From positions 384,001 through 448,000 of the forward strand of contig OZ244252.1 in NCBI GenBank assembly GCA_965217185.1: a DNA stretch of 64,000 nt. Direction: 5' to 3'. The position numbers and the translations under genes are program-made. The stretch comes from an uncultured Candidatus Entotheonella sp. Its GTDB lineage: Bacteria > Tectomicrobia > Entotheonellia > Entotheonellales > Entotheonellaceae. This document shows positions 40,402 to 50,204 of the stretch, piece after piece (position 1 is the first letter of the stretch; every line of letters begins with the position of its first letter). Under the pieces are notes generated by a model that was not told the DNA's origin, did not search any database, and saw only the letters and a program-made list of their open reading frames with translations.

Positions 40402-41946
40402 GTGCATCCAATCTCTCGTGTCATGCAACCACTTCTCAGCGGTCTGTTTGTCCTGCTGCTCGCCGTTTTCCTTCCTCTCGACCCCGCCTCTGCACAAGTC
40501 GAAGACATTATCCTGATCGGCGGCAACTACCGCTTGCAGGGCAACCTGCACAACATGCAAGACGGGTTTTTCGGCGCGCCGTCGCTTTCGATTGACGATT
40601 CAACGCAGCGGTTTGTCGACACGCGCTTGCGGCTGTCATTCGACCTGCGGCCGGACTCGCCGCTGTCGGTGCACTACGGGCTGGAAATCGGCGACATCAC
40701 CTTCGGCGCCAAGAACCCGCCCATCTGGGATTCCACGGGGCATCGGTTGGAGAACGTCGGATCCGGCAGCGAGGGCGGCGACGGGGTGAACCTGGAAACG
40801 AAGAACGCCTATCTAGGGGTGGAGATTCCGGGGGTGCCGGGCCTGTCATTCCGGGGCGGCATCCTTGGCTGGGGCGATCAGTTCGATTGGACCATTCTGG
40901 CGACGGATTTTACCGGCTTGCAGTTTACCTACGAGCGGCAAGCGTTGTGGACGCAGTTCACCTTTCTGCAATTTCTGGAAGGCAGTCTGCGGCGCGATGA
41001 GGAGGATTCGCGCTGGTTTGCGCTCGACGGCCGTTACGACCTGGCCGCCGACACGGACGTGACCGCCAGTCTTTATCTCTGGGACGACAACGCCAATGAC
41101 AATCCCGGCAGCGGCGCCGACGCCTATCAGATTTACGCCGGTCTCAAGGTGAGCACACGGGTTCTTGAGCGCGCGCGGCTGGAGATCTCCGGTGTCTACA
41201 ACGTCGGGCAGGAGTTTCTCGGCCAGTCGTGCCAAGTCCAAGCCGGAAGTGACCAGGACTGTCGGGAGTTGCTTGCCTTGGCACCGACGGACCGTGGGCT
41301 TTTACGCACCGGGCTCGACGGCTCAGCCAATCGGGGCTTCATGGGCAGCGTGCACGTCGATTACCCGCTGGGCAAGCACTGGCTGGGCCTGACGCTGCAA
41401 TACATCTCCGGGGAGGCGGGCAGCCGCGCCTCGCTGGACGGCGGGAGCCGGGACGTGAGCGCCTTTCTCGGTTTGTTCAACTCGCAGTATTCAGGTTTCG
41501 GTCGGTCGCGCTACACGGAGGGGGGCGGTTTGGAGTTGATCACCCTGGGATCGCTGAATGATTCCACCGCCGGCCTCAACAACGTCTCGGTGTCGCCCTT
41601 TTTTGGCGGTGGCTACAACGGCCGCATGCTGGCCGTGCTGCGTGCCAAGTTCGAGGTCACGCCGGTGTTTTTCGCCTTTGCGGCTCTGGGGGCGGATCAG
41701 GCGGCGCAGCCCAACGAGCACGGTGAACGGTTCCGCGGCGTTGAGGTCGCGTCCCACCTGCACTGGGACCTCATGCCCAAGCTCTGGCTGCGGATGGGTG
41801 GGGCCATGATGTTCGTGCAGGATTGGTGGGAGAATAACAGCGACGTGTCCCTGTACGGCTTTCCGCAGCCATTGGGCTTGGACTACAACGGTTCGATGGA
41901 GGACATCTTCCAATTCGTGCTGCGGCTGCAATATGACTTTGGTTAA
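40402..41946 (+). CDS. Putative outer-membrane beta-barrel porin, paralogue 2
   Basis: Shares DTRLRL, EIGD, NxETKN, QYIxGEAGS, MPKLWLR and RLQYDFG with 38495-39991; start is 40402 or 40423. Confidence 0.75.
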   Translation: MHPISRVMQPLLSGLFVLLLAVFLPLDPASAQVEDIILIGGNYRLQGNLHNMQDGFFGAPSLSIDDSTQRFVDTRLRLSFDLRPDSPLSVHYGLEIGDITFGAKNPPIWDSTGHRLENVGSGSEGGDGVNLETKNAYLGVEIPGVPGLSFRGGILGWGDQFDWTILATDFTGLQFTYERQALWTQFTFLQFLEGSLRRDEEDSRWFALDGRYDLAADTDVTASLYLWDDNANDNPGSGADAYQIYAGLKVSTRVLERARLEISGVYNVGQEFLGQSCQVQAGSDQDCRELLALAPTDRGLLRTGLDGSANRGFMGSVHVDYPLGKHWLGLTLQYISGEAGSRASLDGGSRDVSAFLGLFNSQYSGFGRSRYTEGGGLELITLGSLNDSTAGLNNVSVSPFFGGGYNGRMLAVLRAKFEVTPVFFAFAALGADQAAQPNEHGERFRGVEVASHLHWDLMPKLWLRMGGAMMFVQDWWENNSDVSLYGFPQPLGLDYNGSMEDIFQFVLRLQYDFG

Positions 41947-41950
41947 AGCT

Positions 41951-41980
41951 GCAGGTCGGATTAGCGAAGCGTAATCCGAC
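41951..41980 (+). repeat. GTAG-type REP palindrome, copy 3 (GCAG variant)
   Basis: GCAGGTCGGATT-AGCGAAGCGT-AATCCGAC. Confidence 0.8.
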
Positions 41981-41986
41981 ATCCAC

Positions 41987-43294
41987 TCATGCGCTTCCCG
42001 CTTTTGACATCGCCAGCGCAGTGGTCGTCATGTGGTATTTCGTCAGCAGGTTCGGTATTTCCCACTCCGGTAGCGCGCCTCGTTCGAGGCAATCCAGATA
42101 GCCTTCCATGACTTTTCCAAAATGGGCTTCATGCCCGATGCGATACGTGTCGGGAATGTGCACCTGCCAGCCCTCGCCGGCGGGCGATGTCGTCAAGCCC
42201 GGATAGCGGGGCTCCCAGTCTGCCAACGCCTTGTCGAGCGATGCGCCCAGGCCGGTGTGGCTGACGCCCGCTGCTGGTTCGACGTAGACCTCGGGGCGGT
42301 AGCCCTGCGCCTCTCCTTGCCGAATGCACACCTCGCTGCGTGTACCGCGGGTAACCGACACGTGGGTATCGTCGCCGCCGGGTGGCGCCACGAAGTTCCA
42401 GGCGACCCACATCCGAGTATGCACGCCGCGGATAGTGCTGGTGAACTCGCCGTTGCAGAAATAGGGCAGGGCGCCTTGTGCGTCCAGCGCCCCGTGCAAA
42501 AACGCCGGAAACTCCTGCAGACCCGTCACCTGGGCGAATTGCTCGCGCCCCACCAGTGTCGGCCAACGCCGGGCATGCAGCATGCGGACGTCTGAGGCGT
42601 GATCAATCGCTTCGTCCGGGAAGCACTCCCACAAGGTGTTGTCGATGAGGTGCGTCGTCACGTCCACGATCCCCTCGCCTTGCTGCGTCACGTCGAAGTA
42701 CCAGGCGGGACGGATGAGGGCCTGTCCCGAGACGTGTTTGTAAAGATGGTGCACGCTTTCCTTGACGACGGCGGGCGCCTCTGGCGTGCCCTGTTGCAGG
42801 GTGCCGAACACGCTGGGGTTGTTGACCAATTCGCGCGCAATGATTGAGGTGATCTCGTGCCGCTGGGTCATGATGTCGCAGATCAGCAGGCCCTTGCGCT
42901 GCGCCTCTTGGCAGGCCGCCTCAAGCACCTCCCAGCCCGGTGGGTCGATGCAGATCGGCTTGTCCGCCAGAACGTTCAAGCCAGCCTGAACGGACTTCTG
43001 CAGGTACCCTGGCCGCCGGCTGCTGTTGCCCGCCACGACGACCACGTTGCCCGGCCGCTGTTGCAGCATGGCGTCGAGATAATCCGGCCCCGCGTGGACT
43101 TGATGTTGCCAGTTCGTTGGCTGGTCGGCGCGCTGGTTGAATGCCTCAACGCGCTGCAAATGCAGGTCCAGATCCGGCCCTTCGGGCGCGAAGACGCTGA
43201 CCACCGGGGAGACCTGTTCGTACATGCGTTTTTGCACCAGGGCGGCGTGGAAGTGACCGGGGTCGAGTGTCATCAAGCGAACGTTGTCCTGCAT
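41987..43294 (-). CDS. Putative oxidoreductase (Gfo/Idh/MocA-like)
   Basis: LDPGHFHAALVQK, NVLADKP, GEGIVDVTTHL and GHEAHF motifs. Confidence 0.75.
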   Translation of the reverse strand: MQDNVRLMTLDPGHFHAALVQKRMYEQVSPVVSVFAPEGPDLDLHLQRVEAFNQRADQPTNWQHQVHAGPDYLDAMLQQRPGNVVVVAGNSSRRPGYLQKSVQAGLNVLADKPICIDPPGWEVLEAACQEAQRKGLLICDIMTQRHEITSIIARELVNNPSVFGTLQQGTPEAPAVVKESVHHLYKHVSGQALIRPAWYFDVTQQGEGIVDVTTHLIDNTLWECFPDEAIDHASDVRMLHARRWPTLVGREQFAQVTGLQEFPAFLHGALDAQGALPYFCNGEFTSTIRGVHTRMWVAWNFVAPPGGDDTHVSVTRGTRSEVCIRQGEAQGYRPEVYVEPAAGVSHTGLGASLDKALADWEPRYPGLTTSPAGEGWQVHIPDTYRIGHEAHFGKVMEGYLDCLERGALPEWEIPNLLTKYHMTTTALAMSKAGSA

Positions 43295-43479
43295 GCCTTG
43301 TGTCTCCACTGTCGGGTTTGAGGGCGCCGGTGGCTTGGCGGCGATGGTTTTACCATACAAACTCGGGGGTTGCGCCGCAATACCCGGCTGGTCTTGCGGC
43401 CCTGCCGGGTTGTGTATAATGGTCCGCACATTCCACGCAGGCGTCTGAAAGCACGGTGACAACCAAGAGGAGAACGGCA

Positions 43480-44271
43480 ATGAAGGCGGGAAGCACGCAA
43501 ATTGAGGCCGGGGCGGTGATGTTTGCCCTGCAGTATCGCCCTTTGATGGAAGATCAGGGGGTCAGCATCCAGGTGCTGGGTGAGGTAGAAGGCGAATGTG
43601 CGGAGATGCTGCGGTTCGATTGCTTCGACCAGCGTCCGCACTATCACTACGCGCCGAACCAGGCGGACGTGCGCTACGACATGGACAAGACTACGGCGGG
43701 AAACCCGATCAGCTGGACGCTGGAACAATTGCGCACCCGGTTACCAGTCATGCTGGAGCGTGCCGGTTACGAGCAGGCGGCGCAGCAGCTCGATTGCGAT
43801 CTGGTCCTCGAAAAGCTCGACGAGGTCGAGGAGGCCGCCCGGTACATGGCGATCAAGAAGCGCCGCACGGTGACGCACAAGCGCGGCGACGTGGTGATCG
43901 AATGCGGCAACCTTCGCTTTGGGCTGGAATTCCGCGAGATCAACGGCGACCGCGGTCTGGCGGTTCACGTGCTGAGCGACGTGGCGGGGCAGGAGATCGA
44001 GATTTTAGCGTTCGATTGCTTTGAAATGGCGCCGCACTATCACTACGGCCCGCGCAACCAGGACGTGCGCATCTACTGGGACACCGCGGTCGTGCCCGAT
44101 CCGCTGGCCTGGACCCTGGCGCAATTCAAGCACGGCAGACTGCCTGCCATGATCACCCGCGCCGGCTACCCCACGATTGCCGCAGCCCTCGATGAGCCGC
44201 TCATCGCCCGTACGCTCAAGCGGGAGGTGAAGCCCAAAGCTCTCGCCATACGGGCCACGCACGCTCAGTAA
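43480..44271 (+). CDS. Hypothetical protein with two tandem homologous domains
   Basis: FDCF-x3-PHYHY-x-P and WTLxQ..LPxMxxRAGY each occur twice; GAGGAG RBS. Confidence 0.8.
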   Translation: MKAGSTQIEAGAVMFALQYRPLMEDQGVSIQVLGEVEGECAEMLRFDCFDQRPHYHYAPNQADVRYDMDKTTAGNPISWTLEQLRTRLPVMLERAGYEQAAQQLDCDLVLEKLDEVEEAARYMAIKKRRTVTHKRGDVVIECGNLRFGLEFREINGDRGLAVHVLSDVAGQEIEILAFDCFEMAPHYHYGPRNQDVRIYWDTAVVPDPLAWTLAQFKHGRLPAMITRAGYPTIAAALDEPLIARTLKREVKPKALAIRATHAQ

Positions 44272-44404
44272 GGACTGCGCAATGCGGTCAGGACTGCCTT
44301 GACGCGCCGCCAAGAATCTGCGGCCTATCGCCTGAAGTTTTCCCAGAACATCGGGCAGTGCTGAGGTTCGGCGGGTTCTGAACCCGGAAAGAACACATCA
44401 ACAA

Positions 44405-44433
44405 GACTCGGGTTTGATTCCCGCCGCCTTCAC
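44405..44433 (+). other. Degenerate tmRNA (ssrA) 3'-end fragment, probable att-site relic
   Basis: GACTCGGGTTTGATTCCCGCCGCCTTCAC resembles GACGCGGGTTCGATTCCCGCCGCCTCCAC(CA); no 5' half is visible. Confidence 0.6.
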
Positions 44434-44649
44434 ACCCTCCGTGTAATCCTTCCAGGGGTTGGAATACGGGGCGGTGCTTCTGCCGTCCGCCGGTGAACCC
44501 TTGCCGTTTCCTCAGATTCAGCCATCTAACCAAAAAGCCCCTCGATTAGTCCCGAATCGCACGTCGCAACCTGCAACAGTGTTGCATTTCAGCACCCCGG
44601 CTCCTGAGAGACTTATCTGCCAACCCTTGACGTTGTGCGAATCTGTGGG

Positions 44650-45111
44650 TTACTTCTCCTCTCGCTCCAATGCCTTCTCCGTTGTGCCCCAGCGCCGGAG
44701 GAAAAAAGTTCCGTACCGGCTCATGGGCAGGGGAAAGGAATCGTTCTGGCGTAGGGTTCGCAGGTCCGGGATGGCGCGGCAGAGGCTGGCAAACGCCCAT
44801 ACCGTTAGGACGCCGCGCAGGAGCATCGCAGGTTCCCCGGTTATAACAAGGCGCGCAGCAAAGTACACGCCGAGGGCGGCAAAGCCGCCGGTGGTGATGT
44901 AGAACGCTGCGTAGCTGCCGTAGCGTATGCCGTACCCCAGTCCGAGAAATCCCACTGCGATAGCCAAGCCGGGAAGTCCATAGCCGCGTTGAGCCATGGC
45001 CGACAGACCGCTGAGGGCGAGCAAATGGATGAGGGTAAACAAGATGCCAAGAAAAATGGTGACGTTAGCGGCTCTGCCGACGCGTTGCTCCGGGGTGCTG
45101 TTTTTCCTCAC
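44650..45111 (-). CDS. Hypothetical membrane protein
   Basis: 153 aa with about 4 hydrophobic segments; co-oriented downstream of ppc. Confidence 0.7.
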   Translation of the reverse strand: MRKNSTPEQRVGRAANVTIFLGILFTLIHLLALSGLSAMAQRGYGLPGLAIAVGFLGLGYGIRYGSYAAFYITTGGFAALGVYFAARLVITGEPAMLLRGVLTVWAFASLCRAIPDLRTLRQNDSFPLPMSRYGTFFLRRWGTTEKALEREEK

Positions 45112-45141
45112 AAGGGTTGCTTTCAGGGGTAGGACAGGTTC

Positions 45142-47808
45142 TTAACCGGTATTCCGCATGCCGGCAGCGATGCCGTTAACCGTGACCAGCAGGGCATCGT
45201 GCAAGGTGGTGTCCTCCGGCTGGGTACGGAAGCGCCGCAGCAGGGCAGCCTGGACGATGTTGAGGGGGTCGACGTAGGGGTTGCGCACGTCAATGGATTG
45301 CCGCAACATCGGGTTGGTGGCAAGCAGGTCATCGTGACCGGTCACGGCCAGGACAGCGCGGGTGGCGGCGTCAAAGCGGCGCCGAAGATCCTCGCCGAGA
45401 GGGCGCAGCGGTTCGGGGACCAGCCATTCGTCGTAACAGGCGGCAATGCGCATATCGGCTTTGGCCATGACCATGCCGATGAGGTCGAGCGTGGATTGCA
45501 TGAACGGCCAGTTGTGATACATCGTGCGCAGGTCGTCGTGTTGGCCGCGGCGCAAGGCTTCTTCCAGGGCGGCCCCGACGCCGAGCCAGGACGGCAGCAT
45601 CAGGCGGGTCTGAGTCCAGGCGAATATCCACGGGATGGCTCGCAGGCTGCCCACGCCGACGTCGGCACGGCGCCGTGTCGGACGGCTGCCGATGTTCAGT
45701 TCGCCCAGTAACGCTTCCGGGGTTGCGGCCTGAAAATAGGGCACAAAGCGCGTATCGTCTTGCACCACCTCGCGGTAGGCAGCCATGGCGGTCTGGGATA
45801 GTTCCTCCATGCACCGGCGCCACTCGGGGCTGGGCATGGGCGATGGGCGTAGCGTAGCCTCGGCAACCGCCGTGGTGTACACCTCCAGTGTTCGCAAGGC
45901 GATGCCCGGAATACCGAATTTGCTCTGAATCATCTCGCCCTGTTCCGTCACCCGCAGCCGCCCGTCAATCGACCCCGGCGGCTGGGACTGGATGGCCGCA
46001 TACGTAGGCCCTCCGCCCCTGCCGATCGAACCGCCGCGGCCATGGAACAGGGTCAGCCGGATGCCGTATTCTCGGCACACCTGCACCAGTTCTTCCTGCG
46101 CTTTGTACAGTTCCCATCCTGCCGTGAGGATGCCGGCGTCTTTGGCCGAGTCCGAATACCCCACCATCACCTGCAAGGTGCCGCCGAGTTGTTGGCGGTA
46201 CCAAGGAATCGACAGCAGTTGGCGGATGCTCCCGCCGGCCTGCCGCAAAGCATCCACGGTCTCGAACAACGGCACCACCGGCAGCCGCTGGTGGCAACCG
46301 GCCTGATGTTGCAAAAACGCGACGGCCAAGATGTCGGAGGGCGTTTTGGCCATGGAAATGACGTAGGCGCCCAAGGCATCGGGGCCGAATTCGGCGATGG
46401 CCTTGAAGGTCTCGAGAACCTCGCGGTGGGACGGGTCATCTAACAGTTGCGGAGGGATAGGGGATGGGTCGGTTTGCAGAGCGCGCCCGAGAAAGGTTTG
46501 CCGCTGCGCCTCGTCCCACTCTCCGTAGGCACCATGGCCTTGAGCGCGGGTGAAGGCATCGAGCACGTCGGTGTGGCGCGCGGCCTCCTGCCGGATGTCC
46601 AGGCGCGCCAGGGTCAGCCCGAAACAGGTGACGCGGCGCAGCGTATCCAGCAGCGGGCCGTCGGCGATCGTTCCGGCGCCGACGCTGTGCAGCGATTGGT
46701 GGCAGAGCAGCAGGGCGTCGGCGAGCTCGTCTGCATTCGCATAGGTATTGGCGCGTGTCGACGGCTGCCCGGCCAATTGTGCGTCGACGTCCTGGAGGGT
46801 GGCATCGAGGCGCGCTTGCACGCCGTCCAGGAAGGTGCGGTACGGCTCGTGGGCATCGTCTACCTGCGATCGTAGGGCATCGCTACAAGCCGTCATCGAC
46901 AACTCGCTGGCCAATGCTTTCAGGTCACGTGCGTACAGCGTAATGGCCTGCCGGCGGGCCAGCAGACAAACCCTGCGGGTGATATCCGCGGTGACGTGCG
47001 GATTGCCGTCGCGGTCGCCGCCCATCCAGGAGCCGAAACGTACGGGAGCAGCCGTCAAGGGGAGGGGCTTGCCGGTGAACTTTAGCAGGGCGGCATCCAG
47101 AAGGCGCAGAAAGCGCGGCACGACGTCCCACAGCGTGTCTTCAAGGTGCCCCAGGCCGCCGCGCGCTTCATCCAGGGGGGTTGGCTTGGTGCGGCGGATT
47201 TCATCGGTCAGCCAGCAGGACGTGACGTCGCGGCGCAGCGCCTGCTCGGCCTCGTCGCGTTCAAAGGGCGTCAGGTCGCGGGCATCGCGCCGTGCCAGCA
47301 GGGCCGCAATGCGATTGTGCTTCCGCAACAAGGTGCGGCGAACTGCTTCCGTGGGGTGGGCGGTGAGCACACATTCGATCTGTTGGCGACAGATCGTCTC
47401 GTGCAAGGTTTCAGGCGTGACGCCCGCTGTCAGCAGCCGGTTGAAGGTTTCGTCGAACGACCCCCGCTGCGGCTCGGTTTTCGGGTTTTGCTGATACACC
47501 CGCCGTCGCCGCACACGGTGGTGTTGCTCGGCCACGTTAGCCAATGTCAGAAAATGGGCGAAGGCGCGGCTGATGTTAAGGGTTTGGTCAACCGGGAGCT
47601 GCGCCAGTAGGTGCTCCAGTTCCCGGAAGTCGTGGTCACTGCCGGCACGCGCATTCTTCGCCAGAGCCCGCACGCGCTCGACGGTCTGAAACAGCTCTTC
47701 GCCAACCTGCTCACGCAGGGTGTCGCCCAGCACGGCGCCGAGGTCGTAAACGTCATGCCGCAAAGGCGCATGCGGGTCGGGATGCGTCGGGGGCGTTAGC
47801 GTGCTCAA
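45142..47808 (-). CDS. ppc: Phosphoenolpyruvate carboxylase
   Basis: VLTAHPTE, GGDRDGNP, VMVGYSDSAKDAG, FHGRGGSIGRGG and LRAIPW motifs. Confidence 0.98.
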   Translation of the reverse strand: MSTLTPPTHPDPHAPLRHDVYDLGAVLGDTLREQVGEELFQTVERVRALAKNARAGSDHDFRELEHLLAQLPVDQTLNISRAFAHFLTLANVAEQHHRVRRRRVYQQNPKTEPQRGSFDETFNRLLTAGVTPETLHETICRQQIECVLTAHPTEAVRRTLLRKHNRIAALLARRDARDLTPFERDEAEQALRRDVTSCWLTDEIRRTKPTPLDEARGGLGHLEDTLWDVVPRFLRLLDAALLKFTGKPLPLTAAPVRFGSWMGGDRDGNPHVTADITRRVCLLARRQAITLYARDLKALASELSMTACSDALRSQVDDAHEPYRTFLDGVQARLDATLQDVDAQLAGQPSTRANTYANADELADALLLCHQSLHSVGAGTIADGPLLDTLRRVTCFGLTLARLDIRQEAARHTDVLDAFTRAQGHGAYGEWDEAQRQTFLGRALQTDPSPIPPQLLDDPSHREVLETFKAIAEFGPDALGAYVISMAKTPSDILAVAFLQHQAGCHQRLPVVPLFETVDALRQAGGSIRQLLSIPWYRQQLGGTLQVMVGYSDSAKDAGILTAGWELYKAQEELVQVCREYGIRLTLFHGRGGSIGRGGGPTYAAIQSQPPGSIDGRLRVTEQGEMIQSKFGIPGIALRTLEVYTTAVAEATLRPSPMPSPEWRRCMEELSQTAMAAYREVVQDDTRFVPYFQAATPEALLGELNIGSRPTRRRADVGVGSLRAIPWIFAWTQTRLMLPSWLGVGAALEEALRRGQHDDLRTMYHNWPFMQSTLDLIGMVMAKADMRIAACYDEWLVPEPLRPLGEDLRRRFDAATRAVLAVTGHDDLLATNPMLRQSIDVRNPYVDPLNIVQAALLRRFRTQPEDTTLHDALLVTVNGIAAGMRNTG

Positions 47809-47847
47809 CAGGCCCTCCGTGTTCGGGTTGGCTGCCTTGCGCAGCCC

Positions 47848-48387
47848 TTACGAGCCGAATTCTTCCAGCAGGCTCACCAGATCGTCCGCGTGTTCTTCTT
47901 CCATGGCCAGAATGGTTTCCATCAGCCGTCGTGTCGTTGGGTCATCATTGCCGAAATAGGTAATCATCTCGCGGTAGCTATCGATGGCAATGCGCTCGGC
48001 GACCAGGTCTTCCTTAATCATTTCAATAAGCGAGTTGCCTTCGATGTATTCGGAGTGGCTGCGGGTGCTGAGCCCTTCCGGCGCGAAATTGGGCTCGCCG
48101 CCCAATTGCACGATGCGTTGCGCCAGTTGATCGGCGTGCAATTGCTCCTCGTTGGCGTGCTGCAAAAACTCTTGCGCCACGCTCTGGGCATTGATCCCCG
48201 AAGCCATGAAGTAATGCCGCTTGTATCGTAAAACGCACACAATCTCGGTGGCGAGCGCCTCATTCAGCAATTTAATGACCGTTTCGCGGTGCGCCCGGTA
48301 TCCTGGTGTCACCGCCCCCTGTTCAAGATGCTGGCGCGCCCGTGTCCGCAGGGTCTGAATATCGCTGAGAAAGGGTTGGTCAGCCAT
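47848..48387 (-). CDS. Ferritin-like (bacterioferritin/Dps-like) protein
   Basis: ALATE, EEQLHA, DLVAERIAI and EEEHADD di-iron ligands. Confidence 0.88.
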   Translation of the reverse strand: MADQPFLSDIQTLRTRARQHLEQGAVTPGYRAHRETVIKLLNEALATEIVCVLRYKRHYFMASGINAQSVAQEFLQHANEEQLHADQLAQRIVQLGGEPNFAPEGLSTRSHSEYIEGNSLIEMIKEDLVAERIAIDSYREMITYFGNDDPTTRRLMETILAMEEEHADDLVSLLEEFGS

Positions 48388-48461
48388 GCTGTTGTCCTCT
48401 GTGTGTGAATGCCTTGGGCGCCTTACCGCTTTAGAGGCCAATTATTCCTGTCGAGCCATAC

Positions 48462-49100
48462 TCATCTTGAGGCGAGGTTGTAAATGAACTCACGGAGGTT
48501 GGCAAACGCTGGGGACTGGAAATTCCATACGCCCTGCAGGGCGCCTTCGCCGACTCTGGCTACGGGGTCACTCGTTGCGGCGAGGCAGGCGTGGGTGAAC
48601 GCCTTGTCTGGGAGATCTGATTTCAGAGCGTTGTGGGTTTCCAGACAGTCTATGTACGCGTCGGCGTACCTTGCGGCTTCCTCCTCCTGTACGGAGCGTC
48701 TGCAAATGGTTTCAATGGCGCCGGGTGCACTGCCGTCGGGTACGATGAATATGCCAATCGATGGGCTCGCATCTGAAAACTCGGCGTGAGTTGGCGGTGG
48801 CGTGTAACCAGCCTGCTGAACGCTGTCACGGACGCTCTGGAAGCTAGCCGCGGCGCTCGCGTCCGCATCCCGCACAACGCCAATCGCCCGAAGAGAGGGC
48901 CGGGAAAGAGCAGCCGCGTGTACCGTCTTCAGATTCCTCCCGAGGGTGGTCTTGCCCCCGATGTCCATGACTTGTATCCCCGGCGTGTAGCTGAAGCAGG
49001 ATTCGATCAACTGCTCAAACAGATGAAATTCATCTCGGCCTTCTACCAGAAGAAGCAGGTCCTCCGAAATTTCTATTCTCCGTTCCCTAGCGGGCATCAC
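48462..49100 (-). CDS. DUF3226-like Toprim-fold protein
   Basis: LLVEGRDE, VRDAD, and PDG..GAIE motifs; overlaps the ATPase stop. Confidence 0.75.
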   Translation of the reverse strand: MMPARERRIEISEDLLLLVEGRDEFHLFEQLIESCFSYTPGIQVMDIGGKTTLGRNLKTVHAAALSRPSLRAIGVVRDADASAAASFQSVRDSVQQAGYTPPPTHAEFSDASPSIGIFIVPDGSAPGAIETICRRSVQEEEAARYADAYIDCLETHNALKSDLPDKAFTHACLAATSDPVARVGEGALQGVWNFQSPAFANLREFIYNLASR

Positions 49101-50137
49101 CGGACTTCCAGGCGAAGGTCTCGGGCGCCGTCAAGCGTTTCGCCAGTGAATGTGGTTGCCCTGACCCTACCCGATTCGTCCGTATACAGCTTGTGTATGG
49201 AAAGATCACCCGGTTCGCTCTCAAAAGCTGCCATTGCTGCTTCGATGCACTCGCCACTGTGCGTTGTCGCCACGAACTGCACATCCCATTCGTGCATCGC
49301 ACTATGAGCGAGGCGCCACAGGTCCCGTAGCACCGAATAGTGCAGGCCATTCTCTACCTCATCGACGAATACCATGCCATTACGGGCGGTGAAAAAGTTC
49401 AAATACAGCCTGAACAATCGGACCACCCCGCCGCCAAGGGCTTGGAGAGGCAGTTGAACATTCGAGGACGTATTTGCGGACAGGTAAGACTTCCCTGCTT
49501 TGTCAGTCAGGAGTTCGATGTCCTTGATTCCGGGAAGAATTAGGTTGATCGCCCTTGTCAACGCCTGCTTGTGACCTTTTCTAACTATATCGGAGTAGCG
49601 CTGCAGGTACTCATCCGGGGTCGCGAGCTGCCAACTAGTGCCTTCAATAATGCCACTTCCATTCTTTACTTGGTTTAGAGGAGCACCGTACATTACCGCA
49701 CCCCATGGTGTGTCGTGCGCTGATCGGATTCCTTCATCAACCGGCTTATCGTCGAGGCGCGCGTGAAGCCAGCCAGCGATTGAAATTTGCAGCGATTTGT
49801 CGGCGTCACTTACGCCGAACGGCACTCCCTCGAACTGTTCGACGGGTTCAAATTCGATTTTCCATTTGTCTTCTTTTCCGTTTTCTTTTCCTTGAAGTTC
49901 AATGAAGCCATCCGACAACTCTACAACAGGATCAATAACCGGATGATTAGATCGTTGGACGTTTGTGTTCCACAATAACCCTGGATTACGCCTTCCCGTG
50001 AAGAGCCAGATAGCTTCGATAAGCGCTGTCTTTCCGACACCATTTACACCCGTAATCAGGTTTGCACGGCTCAAGCCTTTCAGTGACAAGCCACTAATGC
50101 CGCGGTAGCGAATCGCCTCAAAACTACTGATACTCAT
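49097..50137 (-). CDS. AAA_21/ABC-type ATPase
   Basis: GVNGVGKT, LGGG, VDEVENGLH and TTHS motifs; lower GC. Confidence 0.88.
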   Translation of the reverse strand: MSISSFEAIRYRGISGLSLKGLSRANLITGVNGVGKTALIEAIWLFTGRRNPGLLWNTNVQRSNHPVIDPVVELSDGFIELQGKENGKEDKWKIEFEPVEQFEGVPFGVSDADKSLQISIAGWLHARLDDKPVDEGIRSAHDTPWGAVMYGAPLNQVKNGSGIIEGTSWQLATPDEYLQRYSDIVRKGHKQALTRAINLILPGIKDIELLTDKAGKSYLSANTSSNVQLPLQALGGGVVRLFRLYLNFFTARNGMVFVDEVENGLHYSVLRDLWRLAHSAMHEWDVQFVATTHSGECIEAAMAAFESEPGDLSIHKLYTDESGRVRATTFTGETLDGARDLRLEVR

Positions 50138-50204
50138 CGAATTCCTCCGCTGGGAGAAATTTCACTCCCGTGCTGCCGCAAAGACGATCAATGTCCATAT
50201 ACTC

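Noticed and set aside
44272..44649. Intact tRNA, tmRNA or 6S RNA gene
   Set aside because: Only a mutated 3'-end fragment is visible, with no matching 5' acceptor strand, CCA or tag reading frame. An Rfam scan would settle it.
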